The notes under the pieces are model-generated. The model did no database searches. It was not told the DNA's origin and saw only the letters and a program-made list of their open reading frames with translations. From an uncultured Clostridia bacterium (GTDB lineage Bacteria > Bacillota > Clostridia > TANB77 > CAG-508), in contig CAKOTK010000004.1 in NCBI GenBank assembly GCA_934120135.1, positions 57,862 through 121,861 on the forward strand: a stretch of 64,000 nt of DNA, written 5' to 3'. A program made the translations under genes and the position numbers. Shown one piece after another: positions 28,979 to 38,429 of the stretch (positions are counted from its first letter, which is position 1; each line of letters opens with the position of its first letter).

Positions 28979-29704
28979 TTAAAATAGCTCTTCTAATTTG
29001 TATTCTTTTTCTAATTTATCATTTAGATATAGCTTTGTAACTAGTTCTAATTCTTTTAAGCTTTCATCTGAAATGTTAAATGAAAATATTTTTTTAGCAT
29101 CTGCTAATACTATATATTGGATTGCAGTTCTAGTTGAATCTGATATTTGTATTGCACTTTTGTCTATTTTACCACAAGCTGTGCATTTCAAACAATTATC
29201 TTTTAAGCTAAAATAGTTCAATTCTTCTTGAACTTTGCAATTGCCACATTTTCTTATCTCTGGCATAAAACCAAGTAAACAACAAAGTCTTAGTTTAAAT
29301 ACTGATATTACGAAGTCCAAGTTTTTTTCTTCTTCTGATATCATGTATAAAGTGTTTAAGTATAATTGCAAAATTTTATATGTATTTTGATTTTCATCTG
29401 TTACATCATTTATTATTTTTGTAATGTATGAGGCATATTTAAGCTTGTCTAAATCTGTGCGAATATTATAAAAAACTTCAATTGTGTCACATGAATTCAT
29501 ATGATAACTGTTACTACTTTGATATAGCAAATATTCTCCAAAGCACAAAAATTGAGTGCCTGACATTAAAAGGCTTTTTGGTCTTCTAGCCCCTTTTGCC
29601 GCACACCCAATTTTACCATTTGGAGTAAGTATAGTTACCATTTTATCAAAATCATTCATATTACTTTCTGAAAGGATTATCCCCTTCGTTTTTAATATTC
29701 CCAT
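28979..29704 (-). CDS. recO: DNA repair protein RecO
   Basis: N-terminal OB-fold region (KGIILSESNMNDFDKMVTILT) and C-terminal Cys4 zinc motif. Confidence 0.85.
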   Translation of the reverse strand: MGILKTKGIILSESNMNDFDKMVTILTPNGKIGCAAKGARRPKSLLMSGTQFLCFGEYLLYQSSNSYHMNSCDTIEVFYNIRTDLDKLKYASYITKIINDVTDENQNTYKILQLYLNTLYMISEEEKNLDFVISVFKLRLCCLLGFMPEIRKCGNCKVQEELNYFSLKDNCLKCTACGKIDKSAIQISDSTRTAIQYIVLADAKKIFSFNISDESLKELELVTKLYLNDKLEKEYKLEELF

Positions 29705-29849
29705 ATTGTGTTTCCTCTACATTTTTAGCTATATCTTGCTTTGCATTTTTTTCTATATTTTCTACTTGCATTAGTTCCATAAATGTGTCAATGTTTCCTG
29801 TTTGTTTAAAAGTATTCCATGCTAGGTCTTTAATTTGTTTTTCCATCAT
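29661..29849 (-). CDS. yqzL: YqzL-family small protein
   Basis: LAWNTFKQTGNIDTFMEL matches the YqzL core. Conserved position between era and recO. Confidence 0.6.
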   Translation of the reverse strand: MMEKQIKDLAWNTFKQTGNIDTFMELMQVENIEKNAKQDIAKNVEETQYGNIKNEGDNPFRK

Positions 29850-29936
29850 TTACACATCATCTCCTATTCTAGAAGTTTTACTTCTAACTTTATCTTTCGC
29901 TTCTTTTTAAATTTTATACTGGTATAATTTGTAAAA

Positions 29937-30842
29937 CTAGTCTGTATTTTTAAATAGTTTTACAAATTTATCATTATTTATCCAGTCTTCACGTACTTTT
30001 ACCCACAATTGCAAATTAACTTTATCTTGTAATTCTTTTTCTAAATCTTCTCTTGCATAAGTTCCAATTTTTTTAAGCATAGCACCATTTTTTCCAATGA
30101 TTATACCTTTGTGTGAATCTCTTAAGCAATAAATTGTAGCTTCTATATTGAAAATTGGCTCATTATCTCTTGTTTTGCCTCTTTTCATTTTTTCAACTTC
30201 TACAAATATTCCGTGTGGTACTTCATCTTGTAAAAGTTTTAGGGCTTTTTCACGAATAGTTTCAGAAGCTATATCTCTTAAAGTTTGGTCTGTATATTCA
30301 TCTATATCATAATATGCAGGACCTTCTTTAAGGTTCTTTTCTATTTCTTCAAGTATAACTTCTGTGTCTTTTGCTTTTAAAGCAGAAATTGGAATAATAG
30401 CTTTGAAATTATACTCATCTTTAAATGCTTCTATTAGTTTAAAAACTTGCTCTTTTTTAACCAAATCGATTTTGTTTATTATCAAAATTGTATTAGCTTT
30501 TGCTTCTTTAATTTTGTCTAAAATCATTTGGTCACCTTTGCCAATTCCATCTGAAGTAGCTTCCACAACAAATAAAAGCACATCTGCATCTGGAATACTG
30601 CCCCAAGCTGTGTCATTCATAGTGTTACCTAATTTTGATTTTGGTTTATGAATTCCTGGTGTATCTGTGAATATTATTTGTGAGTTTTTTCTATTTACTA
30701 TTGCTTTAATTGCTGTTCTTGTGGTTTGTGGTTTATTAACAACTACAGCTACTTTTTGACCAACCATATCATTTAATATGCTTGATTTTCCGACATTTGT
30801 TCTTCCAACAATTGCTACAAATCCTGATTTAAATTTTTCCAT
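29937..30842 (-). CDS. era: GTPase Era
   Basis: GRTNVGKSS G1 motif and KH domain. Confidence 0.95.
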   Translation of the reverse strand: MEKFKSGFVAIVGRTNVGKSSILNDMVGQKVAVVVNKPQTTRTAIKAIVNRKNSQIIFTDTPGIHKPKSKLGNTMNDTAWGSIPDADVLLFVVEATSDGIGKGDQMILDKIKEAKANTILIINKIDLVKKEQVFKLIEAFKDEYNFKAIIPISALKAKDTEVILEEIEKNLKEGPAYYDIDEYTDQTLRDIASETIREKALKLLQDEVPHGIFVEVEKMKRGKTRDNEPIFNIEATIYCLRDSHKGIIIGKNGAMLKKIGTYAREDLEKELQDKVNLQLWVKVREDWINNDKFVKLFKNTD

Positions 30843-30887
30843 ATCTTCTCCTAATTATATTTTAATATTTATATTTTTTAGCTTAGA

Positions 30888-31113
30888 AATTATATGTATC
30901 ACTTGCAACTGTCAGACTGCACTGCGAAAGAAATTGTATTATTCGGCTCGTAGCGCCCTCAGTACAACCGAGATTCCCTACTCGCCTCAAAACAATTTCT
31001 AATACTCGTTCCGCATAGACGAAGTTGCCTGCGTTCTACATATAATTTCTAGGTTGCAAAGTAATATAATTTTAAAATCGTATGTGTATTAGTTGCAAGT
31101 GATACATATAATT
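30888..31113. repeat. 24-bp perfect inverted repeats (AAATTATATGTATCACTTGCAACT / AGTTGCAAGTGATACATATAATTT) flanking a 178-bp GC-richer core
   Basis: Exact reverse complements at 30888-30911 and 31090-31113. A partial third copy (ACATATAATTT..TTGCAA) lies at ~31037-31067. Confidence 0.6.
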
Positions 31114-31202
31114 TTTATGTTAAAAATAATACAACTTCTAGGATAATACTTAATTTAATATTTATTATGCAAAAATTATATTACTATTATAATACAAATT
31201 TT

Positions 31203-31240
31203 GTAGAAAAATGTAAACAAATTTACACTTTTTTTCTACT
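31203..31240. terminator. hairpin terminator at the hydA 3' end (T-tract on plus strand)
   Basis: GTAGAAAAATGTAAA..TTTACACTTTTTTTCTAC followed by TATTTTT. Confidence 0.5.
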
Positions 31241-31244
31241 ATTT

Positions 31245-33026
31245 TTACTTGACAAATCTATATTTTTCTTTTTTAGAATAATGAGTATGTAATAATTTAT
31301 GAGCTAATTCTCCATTAGGTTCGCCTAAAAATTCTTTGTAAACCTGCTTCAACACAGGATTCTCATGTGATTTTCTAATCACACTTTTTTCATCAATTGA
31401 ATACATTGCTTCAGCACGTTTTTTATGTATATCAACCTCTTCTTGAATTTTAGCATTTTTTATAGGTTGACCTCCACCTGTAATACATCCACCTGGGCAA
31501 GTCATAATTTCAACAAATTGATAATCTGCTTTACCAGATTTTATCTCTTCCATAATAGTTTGTGCATTTGCTAATCCATGTGCTACTGCAACTTTTACTT
31601 TTTTATCTCCAATCTCTATTTCGGCTCTTTTTATTCCACTTTCTCCTCTTACTTGTTCAAATGCAATTTTATCTAAAGGTTTTCCTGTTACAATTTCAGA
31701 AACACTTCTAAGAGCCGCTTCCATAACTCCACCAGTCACTCCAAAAATAGCTGCTGCACCGGTTGCTTCTCCCATTGGATCATCAAATTTAACATCTTCT
31801 AGATTTACAAAATCTATTTTAGCTTGTTTAATCATTCTTGCAAGTTCTCTTGTAGTAATAACTGCATCAACATCTTGCTTCATTTCTTCTCTTTGTCTTT
31901 CATATTTTTTTGCAATACATGGCATTACAGATACTACAAATATTTTACTTGAATCTAATCCTTCTTTTTCGGCATAATATGTTTTTAATAATGCTCCAAA
32001 CATTTCATGTGGTGATTTGCAACTAGATAAATGTCCTATATTTTCTGGATAATTCATTTCAATATATTTTACCCAGCCAGGGCAACACGAAGTTATCATT
32101 GGTAAATTATCATTATTTTGTAGTCTTTTTATGAATTCTGTTCCTTCTTCAACAATTGTAAAATCTGCCCCAGTATTTGTGTCAAATACTTTATCAAATC
32201 CCATTTGTTTTAATGCATTTACCATTTTTCCTTCTACATTTGTGCCTATTGGCATTCCAAATTCTTCTCCTAATGCAACTCTTACAGAAGGAGCTGTTTG
32301 CACTATTACATATGTATTTTTATCATTTATTTTGTCCCATACAATTTGTGTAGAGTCTTTTTCCCTTAAGGCTCCTGTTGGACATACTTCTATACATTGT
32401 CCACAAAAAGTACAATTTACATCATTTAAACTGTTGTGTCCAGCTGTTGAAACACATGAATTAAATCCTCTTTCTGTTACACCTATAGCACCTATTTTTT
32501 GTACTTTATTGCACATTGAAACACATCTTCTACATAATATGCATTTATTAGGGTCACGTACAATAGATGGAGATTTATCGTCTATTTGATATGTGTTTTT
32601 TGTTCCATCATATACAGTTTTTTCTTTATCAAATTGGTTTATAAGGTCTTGTAATTCACAATTTTCTTTTCTTACACAATTATCACAGTCTTGATGATGG
32701 TTAGATAGTATTAAGTCTAACATAGTTTTTCTAGCTTCTAAAACTTCTGGTGTTTTGGTATGTACAACCATCCCCTCTTCTACCTTTTGAATACAAGAAG
32801 TAGCAAAGCCTCTTTTACTTTCCACTTCTACAAGGCACATTCTACAATCTCCAATTTCATTTATTTCTTTTAGATAGCATAATGTTGGAATATCTATGCC
32901 TAATTTTGCTGCAGCTTGTAAAATTGTTGTACCTTCTGGTACTTCTATGTTTCTACCATCTATTGTTAGATTTATCATATCTATTATCCTTCCTATAGGT
33001 ATATTAAGTTGAAATCTATTTTTCAA
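31245..33026 (-). CDS. hydA: [FeFe]-hydrogenase catalytic subunit
   Basis: H-cluster motifs TSCCPGW, MPCIAKKYE and EIMTCPGGCITGGGQP; N-terminal 2Fe-2S and 4Fe-4S domains. Confidence 0.9.
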   Translation of the reverse strand: MKNRFQLNIPIGRIIDMINLTIDGRNIEVPEGTTILQAAAKLGIDIPTLCYLKEINEIGDCRMCLVEVESKRGFATSCIQKVEEGMVVHTKTPEVLEARKTMLDLILSNHHQDCDNCVRKENCELQDLINQFDKEKTVYDGTKNTYQIDDKSPSIVRDPNKCILCRRCVSMCNKVQKIGAIGVTERGFNSCVSTAGHNSLNDVNCTFCGQCIEVCPTGALREKDSTQIVWDKINDKNTYVIVQTAPSVRVALGEEFGMPIGTNVEGKMVNALKQMGFDKVFDTNTGADFTIVEEGTEFIKRLQNNDNLPMITSCCPGWVKYIEMNYPENIGHLSSCKSPHEMFGALLKTYYAEKEGLDSSKIFVVSVMPCIAKKYERQREEMKQDVDAVITTRELARMIKQAKIDFVNLEDVKFDDPMGEATGAAAIFGVTGGVMEAALRSVSEIVTGKPLDKIAFEQVRGESGIKRAEIEIGDKKVKVAVAHGLANAQTIMEEIKSGKADYQFVEIMTCPGGCITGGGQPIKNAKIQEEVDIHKKRAEAMYSIDEKSVIRKSHENPVLKQVYKEFLGEPNGELAHKLLHTHYSKKEKYRFVK

Positions 33027-33033
33027 CCACTTC

Positions 33034-33600
33034 CTATTTTACGTTTTTATTTTTAATATACTCTCTTCCTTGAAATTCTTCTCTTAAAATGTCCATCATT
33101 ACTGCATCATAGTATTTTCCATTTACAAATTTGCCTTGTCTTTCTCTTCCCATTTCTTTAAATCCGCATTTTTTGTAACATGCTTTTGCTCTTTCATTAC
33201 AATCTAAAACAGTAAGGTTAATACTATTTAAGTTCATGTAGTTGAAACCAAAATCTAGAATTAAATTGATAGCTTCTGCTCCATAGCCTTTGCTTCTGTA
33301 CTCACTTCTGCCTATAAAAATTCCTAAAGTTGCTTTACTATCTGTTCTATCAATTTTTTCTAGTGAAACTGTACCAACCATAACATCATCTTTCAAATCA
33401 ACAATTACAAATGTTGATTCTGGATTTGCATTCTTTTCTAAAAATTCTTTTTCTCCACTCAAGCTTATCATTTGAGCAGTTCTTCCAATATAATCAGTTA
33501 CTTCAAAATCATTCATCCATTCTGTAAATTGTTCCACATCTTCTGCATTTCTTGGAGACAAATATATTCTCTCTCCAACCAATTTTTTAAAATATTTCAT
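33034..33600 (-). CDS. GNAT N-acetyltransferase (RimJ/RimL-like)
   Basis: Acetyltransf_3-like fold; GYGAEAI motif. Confidence 0.8.
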   Translation of the reverse strand: MKYFKKLVGERIYLSPRNAEDVEQFTEWMNDFEVTDYIGRTAQMISLSGEKEFLEKNANPESTFVIVDLKDDVMVGTVSLEKIDRTDSKATLGIFIGRSEYRSKGYGAEAINLILDFGFNYMNLNSINLTVLDCNERAKACYKKCGFKEMGRERQGKFVNGKYYDAVMMDILREEFQGREYIKNKNVK

Positions 33601-33809
33601 AACTTCCTCCTTTTTTTATTTCTCACAAATTTTCAAAAATTTCCTTGTATATCTTTAAATTTTCAAAAGAATAGTTTTTAGTATTCTTAATTTCAATTTA
33701 AAGTAGTATATTACGAGGAAAACCAGCAAAAAATCTTGAAACTATACGAGTGTATGTTGAAAGATTTTTTGCGCAGTTTGACAAAGTAAGATGCTGCTTT
33801 AAATTGAAA

Positions 33810-35666
33810 TTAGCCTATAGCGTGGAAAGGACAAACACTTAAGCAAGTCCCACACTTAATACACTTCTCCTCGTTAATATGATGTGTTTTACCTGGCTCT
33901 CCTGTAATTGCTCCAACTGGACAATTACGACTACATTTTGTACATCCTCTACACTTTTCAGGATCAATTTGTATTTTTGCTAATGCTTTACATTCTCCTG
34001 TTCTGCATTTTTTCTCTTCTATATGCTCTAGGTATTCTTCTCTAAAATACTTTAGTGTTGAAATTACTGGATTTGGTGCTGACTGTCCTAATCCGCATAC
34101 TGAAGTTTTTGGTATAATTTTCGCTAATTCTTCTAATTTTTCTAAATCTTGCTCTGTAGCTTCTCCATTAGTTATTTTCTCTAGTATTTCAAGCATTCTT
34201 TTAGTTCCAATTCTGCATGGCGTACACTTTCCACAAGACTCATCTACAGTGAATTCTAAGTAAAACTTAGCAATGTTCACCATACATTTTGTATCATCCA
34301 TTACTATAAGTCCTCCTGAACCCATCATTGAGCCTATTTGTTTTAATGATTCATAATCTATTGGTGTATCTAAATGCTCTTTTGGAATACATCCACCTGA
34401 TGGACCGCCAGTTTGTGCAGCTTTAAACTCTCTGTTGTTTGGTATTCCTCCACCAATATCATAAACAATTTCTCTTAAGGTTGTTCCCATTGGAACCTCA
34501 ACTAACCCAATATTTACAACATTTCCACCTAACGCAAATACTTTTGTTCCTTTTGAGGTTTCTGTCCCAATACTTGAATACCATTCTGCTCCATTTAATA
34601 TTATTCTCGTTATATTCGCATAAGTTTCAACATTATTTATTAATGTTGGTTTACCCCATAAACCTGAATTTGCAGGATATGGTGGTTTTAATCTTGGTTG
34701 ACCACGTTTTCCTTCAATAGATTCTAAAAGTGCTGTTTCTTCTCCACATACAAATGCTCCTGCACCTAATCTAATATCTACATCAAAGCTGAAGTCTGTT
34801 CCAAATATATTTTTTCCAAGTAGCCCATAATCTCTTGCTTGTTTTATTGCTACTCTAAATCTATCTACTGCAATTGGATATTCAGCTCTTACATAAATAT
34901 ACCCTTGATTTGCTCCAATTGCATAACCGGCAATTATCATTGCCTCTAATACAGAATGTGGATCTCCTTCTAAAATACTTCTGTCCATAAATGCACCTGG
35001 GTCACCTTCGTCTGCATTACATACCACATATTTTTGTTCTGATTCTACTGCCTTAGTTAATGCCCATTTCTTACCTGTCGGAAATCCTGCTCCACCTCTT
35101 CCTCTTAGTCCAGAATCTTCTATTGTTTTAATTACTTCATCTGGTATCATTTCTAAAAGTACTTTTTCTAATGCTTTGTATCCATCAAAAGCTATGTATT
35201 CATCAATATTTTCAGGGTCAATTTTCCCACTGTTTTGAAGAGCAATTCTTTTTTGTTTTTTATAAAAAGTCAAGTCGTCTAGTTTGTTTACTCTAGTTCC
35301 ATCAATGTCTTTGCATAATAGTCTTTCAACTATTTCACCATCTATAATGTGCTTTTGTATAATTTCTTCACAGTCTTCTGGCTTTACCATTGCATAAAAT
35401 GTGTCTTCTGGTCTAATGATTACTATTGGTCCTTTGGCACATAACCCAAAACATCCTGTTTGAATTACACGTACATTTTCTAAATTTTTTTCTTTTACTA
35501 TTCTTTTAAAATTTTCTATAACTTGTGTAGATTTTGAAGATGTACATCCTGTTCCATGGCATACTAAAATATGTTTTTCTCTTCCTCCAACTGATGTATC
35601 TACTCTAATATTTAGTTCTTTTCGCTTTTCTTCTCTTATTTTTCTTATCTCTTCTAAAGTTTTCAA
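33810..35666 (-). CDS. hydB: NADH-binding hydrogenase subunit (NuoF-like, HydB/HndC)
   Basis: Thioredoxin-like 2Fe-2S N-terminus, NuoF FMN/NAD core, two C-terminal 4Fe-4S ferredoxin motifs. Confidence 0.9.
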   Translation of the reverse strand: MKTLEEIRKIREEKRKELNIRVDTSVGGREKHILVCHGTGCTSSKSTQVIENFKRIVKEKNLENVRVIQTGCFGLCAKGPIVIIRPEDTFYAMVKPEDCEEIIQKHIIDGEIVERLLCKDIDGTRVNKLDDLTFYKKQKRIALQNSGKIDPENIDEYIAFDGYKALEKVLLEMIPDEVIKTIEDSGLRGRGGAGFPTGKKWALTKAVESEQKYVVCNADEGDPGAFMDRSILEGDPHSVLEAMIIAGYAIGANQGYIYVRAEYPIAVDRFRVAIKQARDYGLLGKNIFGTDFSFDVDIRLGAGAFVCGEETALLESIEGKRGQPRLKPPYPANSGLWGKPTLINNVETYANITRIILNGAEWYSSIGTETSKGTKVFALGGNVVNIGLVEVPMGTTLREIVYDIGGGIPNNREFKAAQTGGPSGGCIPKEHLDTPIDYESLKQIGSMMGSGGLIVMDDTKCMVNIAKFYLEFTVDESCGKCTPCRIGTKRMLEILEKITNGEATEQDLEKLEELAKIIPKTSVCGLGQSAPNPVISTLKYFREEYLEHIEEKKCRTGECKALAKIQIDPEKCRGCTKCSRNCPVGAITGEPGKTHHINEEKCIKCGTCLSVCPFHAIG

Positions 35667-35681
35667 ATCATTACTCCTTTC

Positions 35682-36158
35682 CTATTTGGTCATCAATTCA
35701 TCTAAAACTTCATCAAGTTTTTTTACAGTAGCTCTTCCATAAACTTCTCCATTCACGGTAAATACTGGTGCTATTCCACATGCACCTAAACAACGAGTGC
35801 TATCAATTGAAAACTTTCCGTCTTCTGTTGTTTCTCCTTCTTTAATGCCTAATCTTTCTTTTAATCTATTCATTAGTTTCTCTGAACCTTTTACAAAACA
35901 TGCTGTTCCTAAGCATACTGAAATTGCATATTTTCCCTTTGGTTTTAATGTGAATCTAGAATAAAAAGTAATTACTCCATAAATTTCTGCCATTGGAATG
36001 TTTAAGTATTCTGATATTTCATTTTGTGCAATTTGTGGAATATATCCATATTTTACTTGCACATCATTTAATATTGGTACTAAATTATCTTTGGCAGTTG
36101 TATATTGCTCTAGAATTTTTTTTACTTCTTGCTTTAATTTTTGTTCTACACAATTCAT
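35682..36158 (-). CDS. hydC: NuoE-like 2Fe-2S hydrogenase subunit (HydC/HndA)
   Basis: Thioredoxin-like [2Fe-2S] Cys pattern. Confidence 0.85.
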   Translation of the reverse strand: MNCVEQKLKQEVKKILEQYTTAKDNLVPILNDVQVKYGYIPQIAQNEISEYLNIPMAEIYGVITFYSRFTLKPKGKYAISVCLGTACFVKGSEKLMNRLKERLGIKEGETTEDGKFSIDSTRCLGACGIAPVFTVNGEVYGRATVKKLDEVLDELMTK

Positions 36159-36291
36159 TGGATAAAAGTCCCCCCTTGTATATTTGTATTTTACTTTTAC
36201 GAGTTTATTATATCAAACCGTTAGTTTTTATACAACAAAATACGACAAAAAAAATGAATGATAACAAATCATCCATTTTTTGAATTTTAAC

Positions 36292-38349
36292 TTACATATC
36301 TACACCTATTAAACTTGGATAGCCATTATTCTTTGATGGGTTTAGTTCCCATACTGGTGTTTCTTGGTCTGCGTTTAATAAGGCTAGGAATTCTTCCTTT
36401 TTCATTTCTGTTTCCGATTTTCTTTCTCCTGCTACCGCTAGTTCTTCACTTGTTGTAGGTATTCCTGCTATATAATAATTGTTTTTTATTGTAAAAGTTT
36501 TTGATAATAATCCTATTACTCCTCCTACATATGTTGCATTTTTGCCCTCTGTTTCTATTTTTCCTATATTATAGTTATTAGAAATTGTTCCACTTGTTTG
36601 GTTAGAACTCATCCATCCTATAATTCCTCCTAAATATTGAATCTCCCATTCTGAATATTCCGAAGATTTTTCTGGAATTATACTACCTATGTTATAGCAG
36701 TTTTTTATTGTGGATTCATACTTATTTAATACTGATCCACAAATTCCCCCTAACTGTTCCACCCCTTTTACTTCTCCACTGTTATAACATTGCTCTATTA
36801 TTCCATTTAATCCTCCTACTATTCCTCCAATTTGAGCAAGTCCATTTATACCTCCAACATTAATACACTTTATTATGATGCTATTTTGAAGAACTTCTCC
36901 TGCTATTCCTCCTGCTCGTGATCTTTTTGCATTTATTATACCTTTATTTATACTGTTTTCTACTATTTTTCCTAGAAAACCACCTACTATTCCTCCACAA
37001 TTGGACAACGTATTACCATCATAAATTCCCCCATAAATTGTTCCCAAGTTAATACAGTTTTGTATTTTTTCCCCTTCGCTTCCTCCAATTATTCCTCCTG
37101 TATCAATTCCTCTACCAGTTATTATGCTTTTATTGGTGCAATTTATTACATCTCCAGCATCCACCCATCCTGCTATTCCTCCTACAAATCCATTGCCTTT
37201 CTCAATTCCTCCTGTTATTTTTCCGTCATTTACACAATCTTCTATCTTTTTTCCTGTAAATCTTCCTGCTATTCCTCCTACGGATTGTTCTTCCCCATAC
37301 ACATCCCCAAAATTAGTACAATCTTTTATTTTCTCTCCTACAAATATTCCAACTATTCCTCCTAGTCTAGTTCCTTTAGATTTCACATTTCCTATATTTT
37401 TACAATTTTCTATTTGTGTTCCTGTAAATTGTCCTACTATTCCTCCTACCGTTCTTCCATTTGTTCCTTCTCCAGTACTAACTACATTAGTCCCTATATT
37501 GTCACAATTAATTATACTGCCTTCACGCAATGCTGCTACTATTCCTCCTACACATTCGCCACTTGCTTCTATGTAGCTATCTACTATGGTTAAATTTTGA
37601 ATTGTATCTGAGTTTCCAAATATACCTGCAAATTTTCCATCTTTTTTTACATATATTCCTCTTACTGTATGATTGTTTCCTTCAAATGTTCCTGTAAATT
37701 TTCCTGCATTGTCTATTCCTATTGGGTCCCATGCTGTTCCTGCTGTTAGTACTCCATCTTTTTGTCTTGCTCCCATGTCTATATTGTTTTCTAAGTATAC
37801 TATTGTACTATCTGTTATCTCTAAACCTTCTTTTTCTTCATCTGTTAATTTTCCATTTACAAACTCTTCAAAGTATTTCATCTCCTCTGGTGTGTATATA
37901 TGCCAATTTTTGCTTTCATCTGCTGTTGGTTTACTCTTACTTGTTCCATCCCATATATCTGCTTTTCCATCTATTATATCTCCATTGTCATATACTGTTA
38001 CTGTTGCTTCCTCTCTTGTTACATAGCATGTGTCTTCTATGCTTCCTATTGTTTCTACTGTTCTATCTCCACTTATCCCATTTTCTAAGCTTTCCTTTAA
38101 ACTTTCTAATGGCAAACCTGACATTTTATTTACATTTCTTGCTTGGATTACTATTCCTATTTCTTCTTTTAAGCTTGATAAATTTGTTACCTTTTGTGCA
38201 TCTCGTACTTTCGCTATTATTCCATCATTTCCAAATAGCACGCTTATGCTTACTCCTGCTAAGATTAAGAGTACCACAATAGTTACTACTAGAGCAATTA
38301 GTGTAATACCTTTTGGGTTTAAATAGTTTCTTTTCATTTTATCTGTCAT
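36292..38349 (-). CDS. pilin-like N-terminal anchor fused to GLUG-motif beta-helical repeat protein (685 aa)
   Basis: N-terminus KRNYLNPKG/ITLIALVVTIVVLLILAG resembles a class III (prepilin) signal but lacks Glu+5. More than 12 repeats of ~23-25 aa ending GGIVG/GGIAG with N-C-x-N spacing. Confidence 0.6.
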   Translation of the reverse strand: MTDKMKRNYLNPKGITLIALVVTIVVLLILAGVSISVLFGNDGIIAKVRDAQKVTNLSSLKEEIGIVIQARNVNKMSGLPLESLKESLENGISGDRTVETIGSIEDTCYVTREEATVTVYDNGDIIDGKADIWDGTSKSKPTADESKNWHIYTPEEMKYFEEFVNGKLTDEEKEGLEITDSTIVYLENNIDMGARQKDGVLTAGTAWDPIGIDNAGKFTGTFEGNNHTVRGIYVKKDGKFAGIFGNSDTIQNLTIVDSYIEASGECVGGIVAALREGSIINCDNIGTNVVSTGEGTNGRTVGGIVGQFTGTQIENCKNIGNVKSKGTRLGGIVGIFVGEKIKDCTNFGDVYGEEQSVGGIAGRFTGKKIEDCVNDGKITGGIEKGNGFVGGIAGWVDAGDVINCTNKSIITGRGIDTGGIIGGSEGEKIQNCINLGTIYGGIYDGNTLSNCGGIVGGFLGKIVENSINKGIINAKRSRAGGIAGEVLQNSIIIKCINVGGINGLAQIGGIVGGLNGIIEQCYNSGEVKGVEQLGGICGSVLNKYESTIKNCYNIGSIIPEKSSEYSEWEIQYLGGIIGWMSSNQTSGTISNNYNIGKIETEGKNATYVGGVIGLLSKTFTIKNNYYIAGIPTTSEELAVAGERKSETEMKKEEFLALLNADQETPVWELNPSKNNGYPSLIGVDM

Positions 38350-38429
38350 TATATTTTGTACCCCTTTCCTTTTTTCTTTTGATTTTTTGTGATAATATAA
38401 CTCTTTTTCATGTTTGCAATAACATTTAA

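Noticed and set aside
30778-31002. 74-aa plus-strand ORF spanning the era start region and the left inverted repeat.
   Set aside because: No SD; crosses the era promoter and start on the wrong strand; composition looks like chance.
30912-31089. Possibility that the GC-rich core between the 24-bp repeats is a tRNA, 6S RNA, SRP RNA or tmRNA.
   Set aside because: No T-loop (GTTCGAATC-like) or acceptor-stem pairing. The interior does not fold into a 6S-like rod. No SRP domain IV or tmRNA terminal motifs. Left as an unclassified element.
33726-33775. Hairpin GCAAAAAATCTT..AAGATTTTTTGC between hydB and the GNAT/hydA genes, considered as a riboswitch or attenuator.
   Set aside because: A simple 12-bp stem with a minus-strand U-tract, consistent with an ordinary (possibly leaky) terminator inside the hydrogenase cluster; no conserved riboswitch core recognised.
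37060-38326. Five overlapping plus-strand ORFs (62-186 aa) rich in L/F/S/P, all inside the GLUG-repeat gene.
   Set aside because: Artefacts of the tandem GGIVG-repeat coding sequence on the other strand; no start-site signals.
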